A DNA stretch of 64,000 bases, from assembly GCA_048938105.1 (NCBI GenBank), contig JBHLMN010000013.1, forward strand, positions 64,001-128,000, given 5' to 3'. Of the stretch, positions 30,797 to 40,390 are shown one piece after another. The notes beneath the pieces are model-generated. The model ran no database searches and was not told where the DNA came from. It was given only the letters and a program-made list of their open reading frames with translations. The translations under genes were made by a program, and so were the position numbers. The stretch comes from Promethearchaeota archaeon. GTDB taxonomy: Archaea > Asgardarchaeota > Heimdallarchaeia > Hodarchaeales > Hodarchaeaceae. Numbering within the stretch: position 1 is the first letter of the stretch; every line of letters starts with the position of its first letter.

Positions 30797-31897
30797 TTAA
30801 GCTGCTTCATGAATAAGGCAAGTTAATAGATAATCTACCAGAGGCGTGTTCCTGTCAAATTCTGAAATATTTTCTTGTACTATAAACGATATAGGCTTTT
30901 TCTGGACTAATCTTCCCCGAGGAGGTCTGGGAATTTTATTAATTACCATGACAATTTTTGTATCATCAATCATTTCCATATTATGCAGAGCTCTGATCTC
31001 TTTTGTTGTAACATGTGTATCTATAATGAGGATGTTGTAAGGGTTTGGATCCTGCCAAGTTTCAATAACCTCTTGGAGATATTCAAAGGTTGGACAGTGA
31101 ATAGCAAGGATTTCTTTAGCTAATAAGACTTTATACAACGACTCGAATGTACTATCGTCTTTACAAAGAAGTAAAAGTTTTCTGGATTCTTGTTTAAAGA
31201 TGTTATTTGTTAAATCTTTCAATAGGCGATGTAAAACCTCTTGAACCTTCGCTTCTAGCAATATATCATTGATTAATGAAGACACAACGTCTTTAAGATT
31301 TGAGATTAGTTCTAATGAGCTTAATAAAGCTTCGGGACTTGATTCAGCAAATAATTGAAGTCCTCTCCAATGAAGGAGATCCAAGGGCATATTTCCTGTG
31401 ATTGCTTCATTAAAAAGGTTTTGAAATTGCTCTCGTTTAATATCATCTATAAGTTCTTGATCCAGAAGAAAATTTTTGATTTCCTTAGTAAAAGGATCCT
31501 TTATTTCTATCCAATCATAAAACATGTGATCAATTTTTTTGTAATACATGTCAACGAATCTTGTACCAATGAACTGCAACATTATATGAACTGAAAATGG
31601 CTGCAACTTCTCATCTCCTCCAGTAACAATTGCAGTAACTATCGTATCATCAATAGTTTCAAAGTAAAGTTCATCCTCTCCCAGCTTTAAATATTCAATA
31701 GTTTTGTTTTCAGCGCTAAGAAATTCAGCAAAATTTGAGAGTCCAGCTACAAGACCAGAAAAAAGAGTTTCATCTATTTGATAATCAGAAAACGGAGCAC
31801 AATATTCATAGTAACATATTCCAACTTTAGACACAATCCACAGATTCTTGATGATCATTAGAATTTCCTTGAATAGCTTATAAAGACAAAGTAACAT
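30797..31897 (-). CDS. Longin-domain protein with C-terminal receiver-like domain; likely start at 31858
   Basis: N-terminal LWIVSKVGICYY..DETLFSGLVAGLSNFA (longin pattern); C-terminal LLLLCKDD..YNILIID (REC-like). Confidence 0.6.
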   Translation of the reverse strand: MLLCLYKLFKEILMIIKNLWIVSKVGICYYEYCAPFSDYQIDETLFSGLVAGLSNFAEFLSAENKTIEYLKLGEDELYFETIDDTIVTAIVTGGDEKLQPFSVHIMLQFIGTRFVDMYYKKIDHMFYDWIEIKDPFTKEIKNFLLDQELIDDIKREQFQNLFNEAITGNMPLDLLHWRGLQLFAESSPEALLSSLELISNLKDVVSSLINDILLEAKVQEVLHRLLKDLTNNIFKQESRKLLLLCKDDSTFESLYKVLLAKEILAIHCPTFEYLQEVIETWQDPNPYNILIIDTHVTTKEIRALHNMEMIDDTKIVMVINKIPRPPRGRLVQKKPISFIVQENISEFDRNTPLVDYLLTCLIHEAA

Positions 31898-32098
31898 GGA
31901 ATCGTAAAAATTTTCGAAAGGAGTCTATACATTAAATATGATATCCTGTTCATATATTAAAGTTAGTATTTCAGGAATGTTCCTTTAAAGGCAAATGAAA
32001 AAACATTATTGGATTACTGAAATTAATCATCAATACGAAGAGAGATGAAGATTTTTTAAAAATAAAGCCGAATATGAATCATGTTGAGAATATATGCG

Positions 32099-32485
32099 TT
32101 AAATAGACGTATAAAGCTCAATTATCACAGAAAGTATGATTATGACACTAAGAATCCAGAGAAGTACAATAGCAATAGCGGATTTTTTACCAATTGGAAT
32201 GTCTTTTTCCTCGTCTTCAGCTACTTTTTTCCGATATTCATTCAAAATTTCATTTGGGATCAGTCTTAAAGCAATAGAAACTCCTAGTGGAACTAATATA
32301 AGATCATCTAAATACCCAAGAATTGGAATAAAATCTGGGATTAAGTCAATTGGGCAAAAAGCATAACCAATGATAAGAGCTAGAAACAGGCGTCTCCACA
32401 AGGAGACTCTCTTATCCTTATACACTAAGTACAAAACGTATGTTTCTTTCTTTAAAGCACTGGCCTTTCGCTTTAGTTTTTCCAT
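32099..32485 (-). CDS. YkvA/DUF1232 family membrane protein
   Basis: YAFCPIDLIPDFIPILGYLDD. Confidence 0.9.
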   Translation of the reverse strand: MEKLKRKASALKKETYVLYLVYKDKRVSLWRRLFLALIIGYAFCPIDLIPDFIPILGYLDDLILVPLGVSIALRLIPNEILNEYRKKVAEDEEKDIPIGKKSAIAIVLLWILSVIIILSVIIELYTSI

Positions 32486-32568
32486 TTTAATTCACTTCAA
32501 GTTTGAAATTAAGCCAGCTAGTGTAAGTATAATACGTCTAGTTTAAAAAAAATAGCTTTCTGTTAACC

Positions 32569-33354
32569 TTATTTACAGGAAAATATAGATACTGGATTAT
32601 GATGCACAAAACCTAGCTTTTTATAGAGATTGATTGCAAGGAAGTTGTCTTGAGTAACAAATAAAGTAGTAAACAACTTTTTCCTAAGGATTTCGCTTGT
32701 AATAGTTGAAACCAAAGTTATACCAAGTGATTGTCCCCGAAAATCTGGTGACACAATAATATTACCTAAATGCCCCGCCTCAGGTGTTTCAAAGTGGGTT
32801 CCTCCACAAGCAATAATTCTATCACCATTCTCAGTGAAAAAATAGAAATCACTCTCAAGTTGGATAGGATTCCAAGGATAAGTATGAATCGATCTGTAAA
32901 ACTTATCTATACGTCTAAAATATTCTTTAGTTGCTTTCATCCATGTGTAATCTGAATTTCTAGGTTTAAATTGTGACTGGTTGGTGATCATACAATATTC
33001 GGAGCTTATATCTATTATATGGAAATAATTAATTAGATCTTCTTCTTTCAGGGTGAATGATACTAATGTAAACTCATTTTGAATGATTTCTTTTAAGTTA
33101 GAAAGAATAACTGTCTCATTTTCTGATAAATTACTTGGAAGGACAACAGATGGAGCTTTAAATCCTTTAAAAATAGTGAAAAATGAGATTAATTTCTTTT
33201 CATCAAAAACACCATAAATATTCGTGAGTTTGATACAGGGAGGATATAGATCCCCTATTAGGACTATATTGTTAAAATAATCGTCTTTAGCTAATTTGAT
33301 ACATCTATTAATCAATTCCTGATTTGTTTTTGGAATGAGACTGATTTTCAACAT
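32569..33354 (-). CDS. GNAT acetyltransferase
   Basis: VSPDFRGQSLG and N..AINLYKKLGF. Confidence 0.85.
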   Translation of the reverse strand: MLKISLIPKTNQELINRCIKLAKDDYFNNIVLIGDLYPPCIKLTNIYGVFDEKKLISFFTIFKGFKAPSVVLPSNLSENETVILSNLKEIIQNEFTLVSFTLKEEDLINYFHIIDISSEYCMITNQSQFKPRNSDYTWMKATKEYFRRIDKFYRSIHTYPWNPIQLESDFYFFTENGDRIIACGGTHFETPEAGHLGNIIVSPDFRGQSLGITLVSTITSEILRKKLFTTLFVTQDNFLAINLYKKLGFVHHNPVSIFSCK

Positions 33355-33457
33355 GATTCCTCAAGATTGTAATTACTTTGGGACTATTAAGGAATGAAAT
33401 CCGACTGATATGAAAATCCCCTCTTTTTAAAAGAATGCTACAAATAATGCCATTATT

Positions 33458-34570
33458 ATGATAGATCTACGAGATTTAGGATGGTCTTGTGGCAGCTATG
33501 AGATAGGGAGTAACAATGCAATAACTGACGTTCCTGGAGTTGCTATTGGCCACAAAACCATTAATAAAGGAGAAGGAGAGCTCATTCCAGGAAAAGGTCC
33601 TGTCCGAACTGGTGTGACTGTGATTCTTCCTCATAGTGGGAATATTTTTAAAGAAAAAGTACCTGCAGGTGTTTTTGTTGCTAATGGTTATGGGAAAGCT
33701 ACAGGAATTCCCCAAATCTTCGAAACAGGATGTCTCGAATCACCAATTGCAATAACCAACACATTAAATGTGGGTTTGGTTTTTGACGCTTTAGTAAGTT
33801 ATGCGATAAGAAATAATCCAGAAATCGGAATAAAAACTGGATCAGTGGCACCAATTGTCACAGAATGTTTTGATGGTTATTTGAACGATATCCAAGGTCG
33901 ACACGTTAGAGAACAACATGTCTTAGAGGCGATAACCCAAGCTGAGTCAGATAGAGTAGAACAGGGAAATGTTGGCGCAGGAACAGGGATGCAAGTTTTT
34001 GAATTAAAAAGTGGCATTGGTACTGCTTCGAGGGTTGTACTTAATGAACAAATTAGCCAAAATGAAGTCTATCACATAGGAACACTTGTTTTACCAAATT
34101 TTGGCCGTTTTAAAGACTTTCTTTTTTATGGTAACGAAATGGCATCATTGCTTGAACGGCGAAAATATTTACCAAAGGGGGACGATAAATGGGTTGCCAA
34201 GCTTGGAGGTGGGTCAATAATTGTCGTAATTGCTACAGACTTACCTTTTAATAGTCGTCAGCTGAATAGGTTAGCCCATAGAGGTGCACTGGGTATTGCA
34301 CGGACTGGGTCAATATTGAGTCATACAAGTGGAGATTTTGTAATAGCCTTCACTACTCAAAATAAAATTTCACATAATAATAAGGATCCATTTCTTAAAA
34401 GAATACTATTGAATGAAAATAGTCCCTTACTCTCAGAAATCTATCGAATGACTATTGATTTAGTTCAAGAAGCAATCTATAATGCAATGCTAGCCGCGGA
34501 AACTATGGTAGGCCGCGATAATAACATTCGAGTTACATTAGATCCTGCTGATCTTCCTAACCCTCCATAA
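33458..34570 (+). CDS. dmpA: DmpA/P1 (S58) aminopeptidase
   Basis: NAITDVPGV, RTGVT, EQGNVGAGTGM, G-SII autoprocessing site and SGDF. Confidence 0.9.
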   Translation: MIDLRDLGWSCGSYEIGSNNAITDVPGVAIGHKTINKGEGELIPGKGPVRTGVTVILPHSGNIFKEKVPAGVFVANGYGKATGIPQIFETGCLESPIAITNTLNVGLVFDALVSYAIRNNPEIGIKTGSVAPIVTECFDGYLNDIQGRHVREQHVLEAITQAESDRVEQGNVGAGTGMQVFELKSGIGTASRVVLNEQISQNEVYHIGTLVLPNFGRFKDFLFYGNEMASLLERRKYLPKGDDKWVAKLGGGSIIVVIATDLPFNSRQLNRLAHRGALGIARTGSILSHTSGDFVIAFTTQNKISHNNKDPFLKRILLNENSPLLSEIYRMTIDLVQEAIYNAMLAAETMVGRDNNIRVTLDPADLPNPP

Positions 34571-34605
34571 AATTATATATTCTTGGTTAGTATTAATTAT
34601 CTAAG

Positions 34606-35268
34606 TTATTCTGAAATAATCCTTTTAACTTCTCTTGGGGAGTCATTAGTTTCTTTAATTGACATACTGCTAAGATTAAGTTTGGTAAATACCTTTTTCT
34701 CTTGATTAATAAAAATTGAATTACTTTTTCGGATTGATTTAAATATCACGGGAATTATTTCCAACACACGTTTTGGTCGATCCTTAAAAACTAATGAAAC
34801 TAACTCTGTTGTCAATGCATAGTCTTCTAGCCGAACACAAGTTTCAAGGTGTATTTGTTGCTGAAGCTCAAACATATTCTCAAAATGGTCTGTTAATTCT
34901 TCGAGCTTTTTATAAAGAAAGGGAGTGTGTTGTGTTGTGACTAAAACAGCTAGTAAATTACTTCGTTCATCTATTAATACCTTTTTTTCACCCAGATCTA
35001 TCATGTTTAAGCAAGCAGAGCTATCAACGATTTCTTGCATCATTCGTGCAAGAGCTGTAAATCCCATTCCCACCAACTGGTTTTCGATCTGTGATATCAT
35101 TCCTAACTGGAAATGATGCGAAAATAAACAAATACCATCACTTTTACGAATGATATAAAGTGAAAGTAAATGTTGTTTCCAATTTTCTGAGGATCTGATG
35201 CTATTTTTCTCTAGGATTCGTTGTCTAAGCTGAACGAACCATTTTTTGTAATATTTCATGCTCTTCAA
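34606..35268 (-). CDS. Longin-domain protein
   Basis: LYIIRKSDGICLFSH..QLVGMGFTALARMMQEI..LAVLVT pattern. Confidence 0.6.
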   Translation of the reverse strand: MKSMKYYKKWFVQLRQRILEKNSIRSSENWKQHLLSLYIIRKSDGICLFSHHFQLGMISQIENQLVGMGFTALARMMQEIVDSSACLNMIDLGEKKVLIDERSNLLAVLVTTQHTPFLYKKLEELTDHFENMFELQQQIHLETCVRLEDYALTTELVSLVFKDRPKRVLEIIPVIFKSIRKSNSIFINQEKKVFTKLNLSSMSIKETNDSPREVKRIISE

Positions 35269-35351
35269 TTAGCTTTTAAATTTATTAATTTAAACTCCGA
35301 AGTTTTTTGTCTTAAAAAATAGTGGAGAAGATTTTTCCCTCCTTGAATTGT

Positions 35352-36608
35352 CTAATCAGAACTATCAACATCATAGACAAATTGAAGAGCAATTTCAGCT
35401 GCCTTAGCAATACTTGGGCCAGATAGCTTATCTGGTGTATCGTTCAGAGTGTGCCAATAGTTTGGAATACCTTTATTAGATAGCCCGAATAATGTTGTAG
35501 CATGAAAACCCTTACGTGAAAAATTTGCGGCATCAGATCCAGCAAACCGTAATGGTTCAACTTTAACGGGGATGTTTACTCTGTTGGCAGCCTGCGAAAC
35601 CTTCTCGAAGACTAAAGGTGAATGTTTAGCTAAAAACATGTTTTCTGCTGTGGCTACCAGGAATATATCAGCACTTAAACATTCGAGGTTGAGTAATAAC
35701 GCTTGTCGTTTTTTCAGCTCCTTATGATGAAGAGATACAAATCTTTTGGATCCTCTCATGTGTTCTTCACCAGCAAAGCTAATCAACCAAACTTCTGTCT
35801 GATCAGGTCTATTCTGAGAAAGAAATCTTCCACATTCAAGTGTAGCCGCAACTGCTGTTAAATTATCATTTGCTCCAAAAACAACTTTATTAGAACGAAG
35901 ATAAAGAGCTAAAATTATCACTAAGATAGTTCCAATTGGGAATATAATTATCTGGACTAAATCAATAACATAAAGAATAGTAAAGTTTTGTACCTCTCTT
36001 ATGAATGCAAATGGATCTACCTGAGAAAATTGTTGGTCAAGAAAAATTAGTACGAAAGTTTTGAGGACACCAAGGAGAGTACTTAAAACTGCTAAAATTA
36101 CAGCTAAAATAATTAAGATAGTTGATTTGCCTCCCAATTTACTCAATAAAGGAAATTCATAGGCTGAATCATGGTGACCTGATAAGAGAATCAATTTTCG
36201 CGGTTCCTTACGAGGTTTAATCTTTCCGATGATATGATATTCAGTTTTTTTAGGAAATAAAACGTCTATCACTTCATAGAGTAGGTTTTGTTGGATAAAA
36301 TATATCCCAAGGCCAATGAAGATGAGAAAACTTGATAATAACGGATGAATAACGAAATAAGCCACTACTCCAGCTATATAAAACAATGCTGTTATCCAAA
36401 TGAAATCTAAAAAGCCTCTAGGACGACATGTGAACTCTTCTTGGTTTATCTCATCACAAAACTCTTGGAGTTCTTCATAGATGATGTCACCTGCTTTCTT
36501 TTCTTCTTTCGAACCCGCTAGTCGAGGGCCTACTTCATTAAATATTTTCTGAATAAAATCAATCATTCTTTGCCCTGAAGGATCTATTCGGGGTTTGAAT
36601 TCAATCAT
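35352..36608 (-). CDS. Membrane-embedded M28-family metallopeptidase
   Basis: GPRLAGS, GHHDS, GANDN, GEE, SDA and YWH, with inserted TM helices. Confidence 0.85.
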   Translation of the reverse strand: MIEFKPRIDPSGQRMIDFIQKIFNEVGPRLAGSKEEKKAGDIIYEELQEFCDEINQEEFTCRPRGFLDFIWITALFYIAGVVAYFVIHPLLSSFLIFIGLGIYFIQQNLLYEVIDVLFPKKTEYHIIGKIKPRKEPRKLILLSGHHDSAYEFPLLSKLGGKSTILIILAVILAVLSTLLGVLKTFVLIFLDQQFSQVDPFAFIREVQNFTILYVIDLVQIIIFPIGTILVIILALYLRSNKVVFGANDNLTAVAATLECGRFLSQNRPDQTEVWLISFAGEEHMRGSKRFVSLHHKELKKRQALLLNLECLSADIFLVATAENMFLAKHSPLVFEKVSQAANRVNIPVKVEPLRFAGSDAANFSRKGFHATTLFGLSNKGIPNYWHTLNDTPDKLSGPSIAKAAEIALQFVYDVDSSD

Positions 36609-36689
36609 TATTTCTCACCTAAAAAAAAAGAAAACCTTCGTGAAATATTAGTAATTATAATGTTTTCAATGTATCGACAGAGGGAAAAA

Positions 36690-37565
36690 TTATTTTGATA
36701 AGAAAGAGAGAACAGCCTCGAAAAACTCATTGGGAGATTCGATCATAGGCCAATGACCACATTTTTCGATTACAACATGATTTGCGCCAGGTATTTGTTC
36801 GTGAAGAAGTTTAGACCCTAAAACAATATGAGGCATATCATCATCGCCATTGATAATTAATGTTGGAACATTTATATGGCGAATTACTTCTCTGAGATCA
36901 TAATTAGATGCTTCATAATTATTGAAGTATTGATGAGGTTTTGCTGAAACAATCATATTCATCAAATAAGTATTGACTTGTGAAGAAACCTTGTCAAAAT
37001 CATAGAAATGGATTACTGGCAGTAAGATCTTCAACAAAACTCTTTCTTTCTCATCCGTAGAAAGAGAATCATTGATTTGAAGCTTTTTAAGGGCAGATGC
37101 TGCCTCCTTATACCCTTTCCTATTTCTTAACCAACTATGATAATTTCCAAGGTTAATGTGAGGAGTAGTATCAATTAGAATTAAGCATTCGACCATTTTT
37201 ATATATTTAAGTGCATATTTCAGGGCAACAAATCCACCATGACTATGAGCAGCAATTGCGATTTGTGGAACCCCAAGATAAATTCTAAGGGATTCAATAT
37301 CTTCAACATATTCGTCCATACTATATGCACTAGGATCATTTATTCGCTGTGAACGGCCAATCCCACGAGGTTCAAGATAAACCACTGTTCTAATCTTCTC
37401 AAGTGGTTTAAGAGTTTCAATATAAGGAGTAGCATCTCCAGCCCAGCCAGCACCCCCTGGTTGTACTAGTAAGATTGGGCCGCTTCCCTGTACATAATAC
37501 CATATTTCTATTCCTCGAATATTTGCGAAATGCTCCCCTGGAGAAAGCATGTCATTATGACTCAT
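36690..37565 (-). CDS. Alpha/beta hydrolase (proline iminopeptidase-like)
   Basis: RGIGRS, AHSHGG nucleophile, GDDD and CGH. The start is re-assigned to ATG 37565, which is preceded by GAAAGGA; the ORF-track extension runs through non-coding structured DNA. Confidence 0.85.
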   Translation of the reverse strand: MSHNDMLSPGEHFANIRGIEIWYYVQGSGPILLVQPGGAGWAGDATPYIETLKPLEKIRTVVYLEPRGIGRSQRINDPSAYSMDEYVEDIESLRIYLGVPQIAIAAHSHGGFVALKYALKYIKMVECLILIDTTPHINLGNYHSWLRNRKGYKEAASALKKLQINDSLSTDEKERVLLKILLPVIHFYDFDKVSSQVNTYLMNMIVSAKPHQYFNNYEASNYDLREVIRHINVPTLIINGDDDMPHIVLGSKLLHEQIPGANHVVIEKCGHWPMIESPNEFFEAVLSFLSK

Positions 37566-37621
37566 TCTTCTACCGTTCCTTTCGTAATAGGCTTCTCTCG
37601 CCAAATATATGAAAATATTGC

Positions 37622-37860
37622 GAGTACCTATCCACCCGCTCAAGGGCGAATGGAGCCCCCGCCAGGATGGTTGGGCGGGATACCTGTCCCCGTATAGGAC
37701 ACAGGCGTTGGAGTCAGACCAGTTTGAACTACGTGGACCCAGAGGATTTGATGTCACTTTACTTGATAGAGTCTTTCGCTAGCGTGCTCATCACCCAGCA
37801 ATCATTAAAACCGAGGTGTAGACGTTACTAGTTCACATTCCAAACAGTTCAGTGACTAAA
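37622..37860 (+). ncRNA. GC-rich structured segment resembling an IS200/IS605 HEARO/IscB omega RNA (orphan, no nuclease ORF)
   Basis: Consecutive hairpins (TCCA/TGGA 37631-37654, CCCGCC/GGCGGG 37658-37679, CCTGT/ACAGG 37683-37705), followed by GACCAG (37717), ACTACGT (37728) and AAACAGTTC (37842). Confidence 0.35.
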
Positions 37861-38020
37861 TTCATCAGTTAAATGTTCCTTATTACACCTCCAGCGGATT
37901 TGGTGCTAAGATAGATTTCCTTTGAGGGGGACTAATCTAGTCATAAATTATTCTCCCTTAACCTTTATATACTCACAATTTTCCGGGATGCCTCTAATTG
38001 ATCTTGTCCCGTGGACATTT

Positions 38021-38050
38021 TCCTAGAAATTCCTAGATTCTCCTAGAAAT
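38021..38050 (+). repeat. 3 x 10-bp tandem repeat TCCTAGA(A/T)(A/T)(T/C)
   Basis: tcctagaaat tcctagattc tcctagaaat. Confidence 0.8.
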
Positions 38051-38162
38051 CATCAACAGATATATACCCTTTGATTAGTTGTATTCAATAACATCAATCA
38101 ACATTCTAAAACGTGAGATATTTAAAATCACTCTAGGAAGATGGTTTATGGATGGATTTGAA

Positions 38163-38234
38163 ATGAAAACAATACGAATCGAAGAAATGAACTGGCAAGC
38201 TATTAAGGAAGCCATTAACCAGGATTATAAATAA
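38163..38234 (+). pseudogene. 5' fragment of an interrupted creatininase-family gene
   Basis: MKTIRIEEMNWQAIKEAINQ(DYK*) is a typical creatininase N-terminus and joins in frame to GYLTVVFGIGSIEQHGPH at 46635. Confidence 0.9.
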
Positions 38235-38235
38235 C
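38208..38235 (+). other. Left junction (attL), dif/Xer-like site GAAGCCATTAA-CCAGGA-TTATAAATAAC
   Basis: 11-6-11 layout with TAA-N6-TTA; contains the core TAACCAGG (38216-38223), which is repeated at the right junction. Confidence 0.75.
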
Positions 38236-38343
38236 AGAATGATTTTATTTCCCTCTATTTCTAAAAAACTTGTTACACATGATACAAAATATAATAATCC
38301 CACGTATGAGAGCTTTATTGAATTAAATTTTGGGGATATATGC

Positions 38344-39363
38344 ATGATTAAACTTCAATTTAAAATAGTAAACGAGTTTGAAATATCTGAAAATGCAATC
38401 GTTGGGTGGTTAAAGTCAGTTAATGAGTATGAAAGATATTTCTTAGAGAGAAAACACCTAAATCGACGCAACCTCGGCAATTTCGGAGAATTTATTGGCA
38501 AATTCATTCTTGAAAAGGAGTTTATACTTTATCAAAGAAAAACAAGTGATAGAAAAATGATACCTTGGCTTATGTTTGAAAAAGAAAATGTCTTACTAGA
38601 TAGCTATTATCTTGCCAATTTATTTTCAAATATAGAGGATGTGAGTGTTAAATCGAATATCAAAGCATGGTTGGGTGATGAAAAATTTTTATCCTTAAGA
38701 GAACATACAGGAGAGTATTTAGGAGAAATTTCTTTTGAAAAGAGAGTAGAATTGGGATTGGACGCTAATAATCAAATGATCTGCTGGAAAGAATGGAAAA
38801 AAAAGACTCTTAGATATGGACCTTTCATATTCACGTTTAAAGACCATATATTAGAGGATGTAAGGAAATCATTCATTGATTATTGGAAAAGAGAGACTGG
38901 TGCAAAATTAACGCTTACGGATACATTGGGAGTTCCTTTTGAATATTTAATAAAATGGTTCTTCCCAGAGGGGGAGAAAATAGAATATCAAAAGTGGAGA
39001 GAATATTTATACAAACGAGTGCGTTATTTTGACATTTCTTCTTTTTTGGCAAAAAACACTCAAATTGATGTGAATGATTTTATTTGCACAAATAAGGTAT
39101 TTCTCGATTTAGACTTAGATGTTTGGGGGATTCCAAAGGAAAATTCAGATTTTTTTAATAAAAAGTACTTGTATGCAATTGATTATAAATCACATAGGAT
39201 AAAATGTGTTGATCATGGAAAATATCAGACACCAGCTTTATACTTTCAACAAAGGAATTATGTAAAATCTCTCATCTTAACACAGATTGGGGTATTAATT
39301 CTATCTCTTCAATTTTGCGATTGCGGAAGAATATTTTGTAAATATTTAGTCCCAATGGTGTAA
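38344..39363 (+). CDS. Hypothetical protein, possible PD-(D/E)xK nuclease (ORF track starts it at 38239)
   Basis: NLGNFGE resembles motif I; LDLDVWG...AIDYKS resembles D...(D/E)xK. Confidence 0.45.
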   Translation: MIKLQFKIVNEFEISENAIVGWLKSVNEYERYFLERKHLNRRNLGNFGEFIGKFILEKEFILYQRKTSDRKMIPWLMFEKENVLLDSYYLANLFSNIEDVSVKSNIKAWLGDEKFLSLREHTGEYLGEISFEKRVELGLDANNQMICWKEWKKKTLRYGPFIFTFKDHILEDVRKSFIDYWKRETGAKLTLTDTLGVPFEYLIKWFFPEGEKIEYQKWREYLYKRVRYFDISSFLAKNTQIDVNDFICTNKVFLDLDLDVWGIPKENSDFFNKKYLYAIDYKSHRIKCVDHGKYQTPALYFQQRNYVKSLILTQIGVLILSLQFCDCGRIFCKYLVPMV

Positions 39364-39874
39364 TGTATTCTTTTCAAAATTATAGCATGAGGATTAAATA
39401 GATGAACGTTACCTAATGGTTCATATTTAATGCTTATGGCTCCATTTGATATTGATGGAGAAAAAGCTAATGAATATATTATTAAACAATCTATTAAGTC
39501 TATTATTAGTCTTTTCGGGATTTTCATTAGGCCAATGCAACATCCATACACGAGTATTCTCAGTCTTGAGTAATGCGTTCTATGATCCTGAAATTTTCAA
39601 AGTATTACATAAACAAGGATTACTCGAAAAAACAAACAATATAGGTCAATGGAAGATTAAAGAGTCCTCCTACACCTTTTTACAAATATTTATTTGTAGA
39701 AAGGCTCTTTTATATCTGTTCTTTAAGAAACATATCGCAGTCACTTTTGTTCGGTATATTACTAATAGAAATTTTATAGAATCAATGTATACATTATGTA
39801 TTAGGTACGGGTACCTTACAGACGTAGTGCAAAATCTTAAATAGATGAAACGATTCTTTCTAGACTGATTAACA

Positions 39875-39997
39875 TTGATAGACTTAACGCCATTATATAA
39901 TGGACTTTGGACAATCCTTGGAGTCATTTTAGTCTTAGGACTCATAGCATACTTCGGTGATCTACTAGTATCATTTATAGATAAGATTAGTAAATAA
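39875..39997 (+). CDS. 40-aa single-TM small protein
   Basis: Manual translation from TTG: (M)IDLTPLYNGLWTILGVILVLGLIAYFGDLLVSFIDKISK*; below the ORF-track cutoff. Confidence 0.45.
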   Translation: MIDLTPLYNGLWTILGVILVLGLIAYFGDLLVSFIDKISK

Positions 39998-40109
39998 TCA
40001 GAATTCAAAATAAAGATGATTTCAAGAGTATGAGGGAAGACCACCTCCTCTCAGTCAGGAGTGGCATTATTTATTTTTTATAGGCATATTATAGGAATAA
40101 GAGGAGACG

Positions 40110-40373
40110 ATGAGAATGAGTAATCAAATTTGTATAAGCTGTGGCAATAAAGCCAAGTACAATTGCTTGAATTGTAACAGACCAATTTGTGGTAGATGTA
40201 GAAGTAAACAGAAGAAGATCAAGGATGAATCTCTCCTTAGTTTAATAGGAAGTACAGCAGATAGTCTATATTACCGTCCTGCTGGGTTATGTAAGGATTG
40301 TAGACCTATTGTATTAATGAAAAGAGGAATCGATACTTATTTTAAATTGATTGATATAATAAGAATTAACTAA
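40110..40373 (+). CDS. Small Cys-rich zinc-finger protein
   Basis: Four CxxC pairs; GAGGAG upstream. Confidence 0.65.
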   Translation: MRMSNQICISCGNKAKYNCLNCNRPICGRCRSKQKKIKDESLLSLIGSTADSLYYRPAGLCKDCRPIVLMKRGIDTYFKLIDIIRIN

Positions 40374-40390
40374 GGGAGGTTAGATGATTT

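Noticed and set aside
37566-37757. 64-aa N-terminal extension of the alpha/beta hydrolase
   Set aside because: It crosses the GC-rich hairpin region, is not protein-like, and a better start with RBS exists at 37565
37620-37800. tRNA, SRP RNA or RNase P RNA
   Set aside because: No cloverleaf or T-loop, no SRP helix-8 motif, and no RNase P GAGGAAAGUCC signature
39446-40044. ORF-track ORFs 39446-39844 (+) and 39670-40044 (-) as real genes
   Set aside because: They overlap each other and look like chance read-through of fragments; the minus-strand one is antisense to the 40-aa TM ORF
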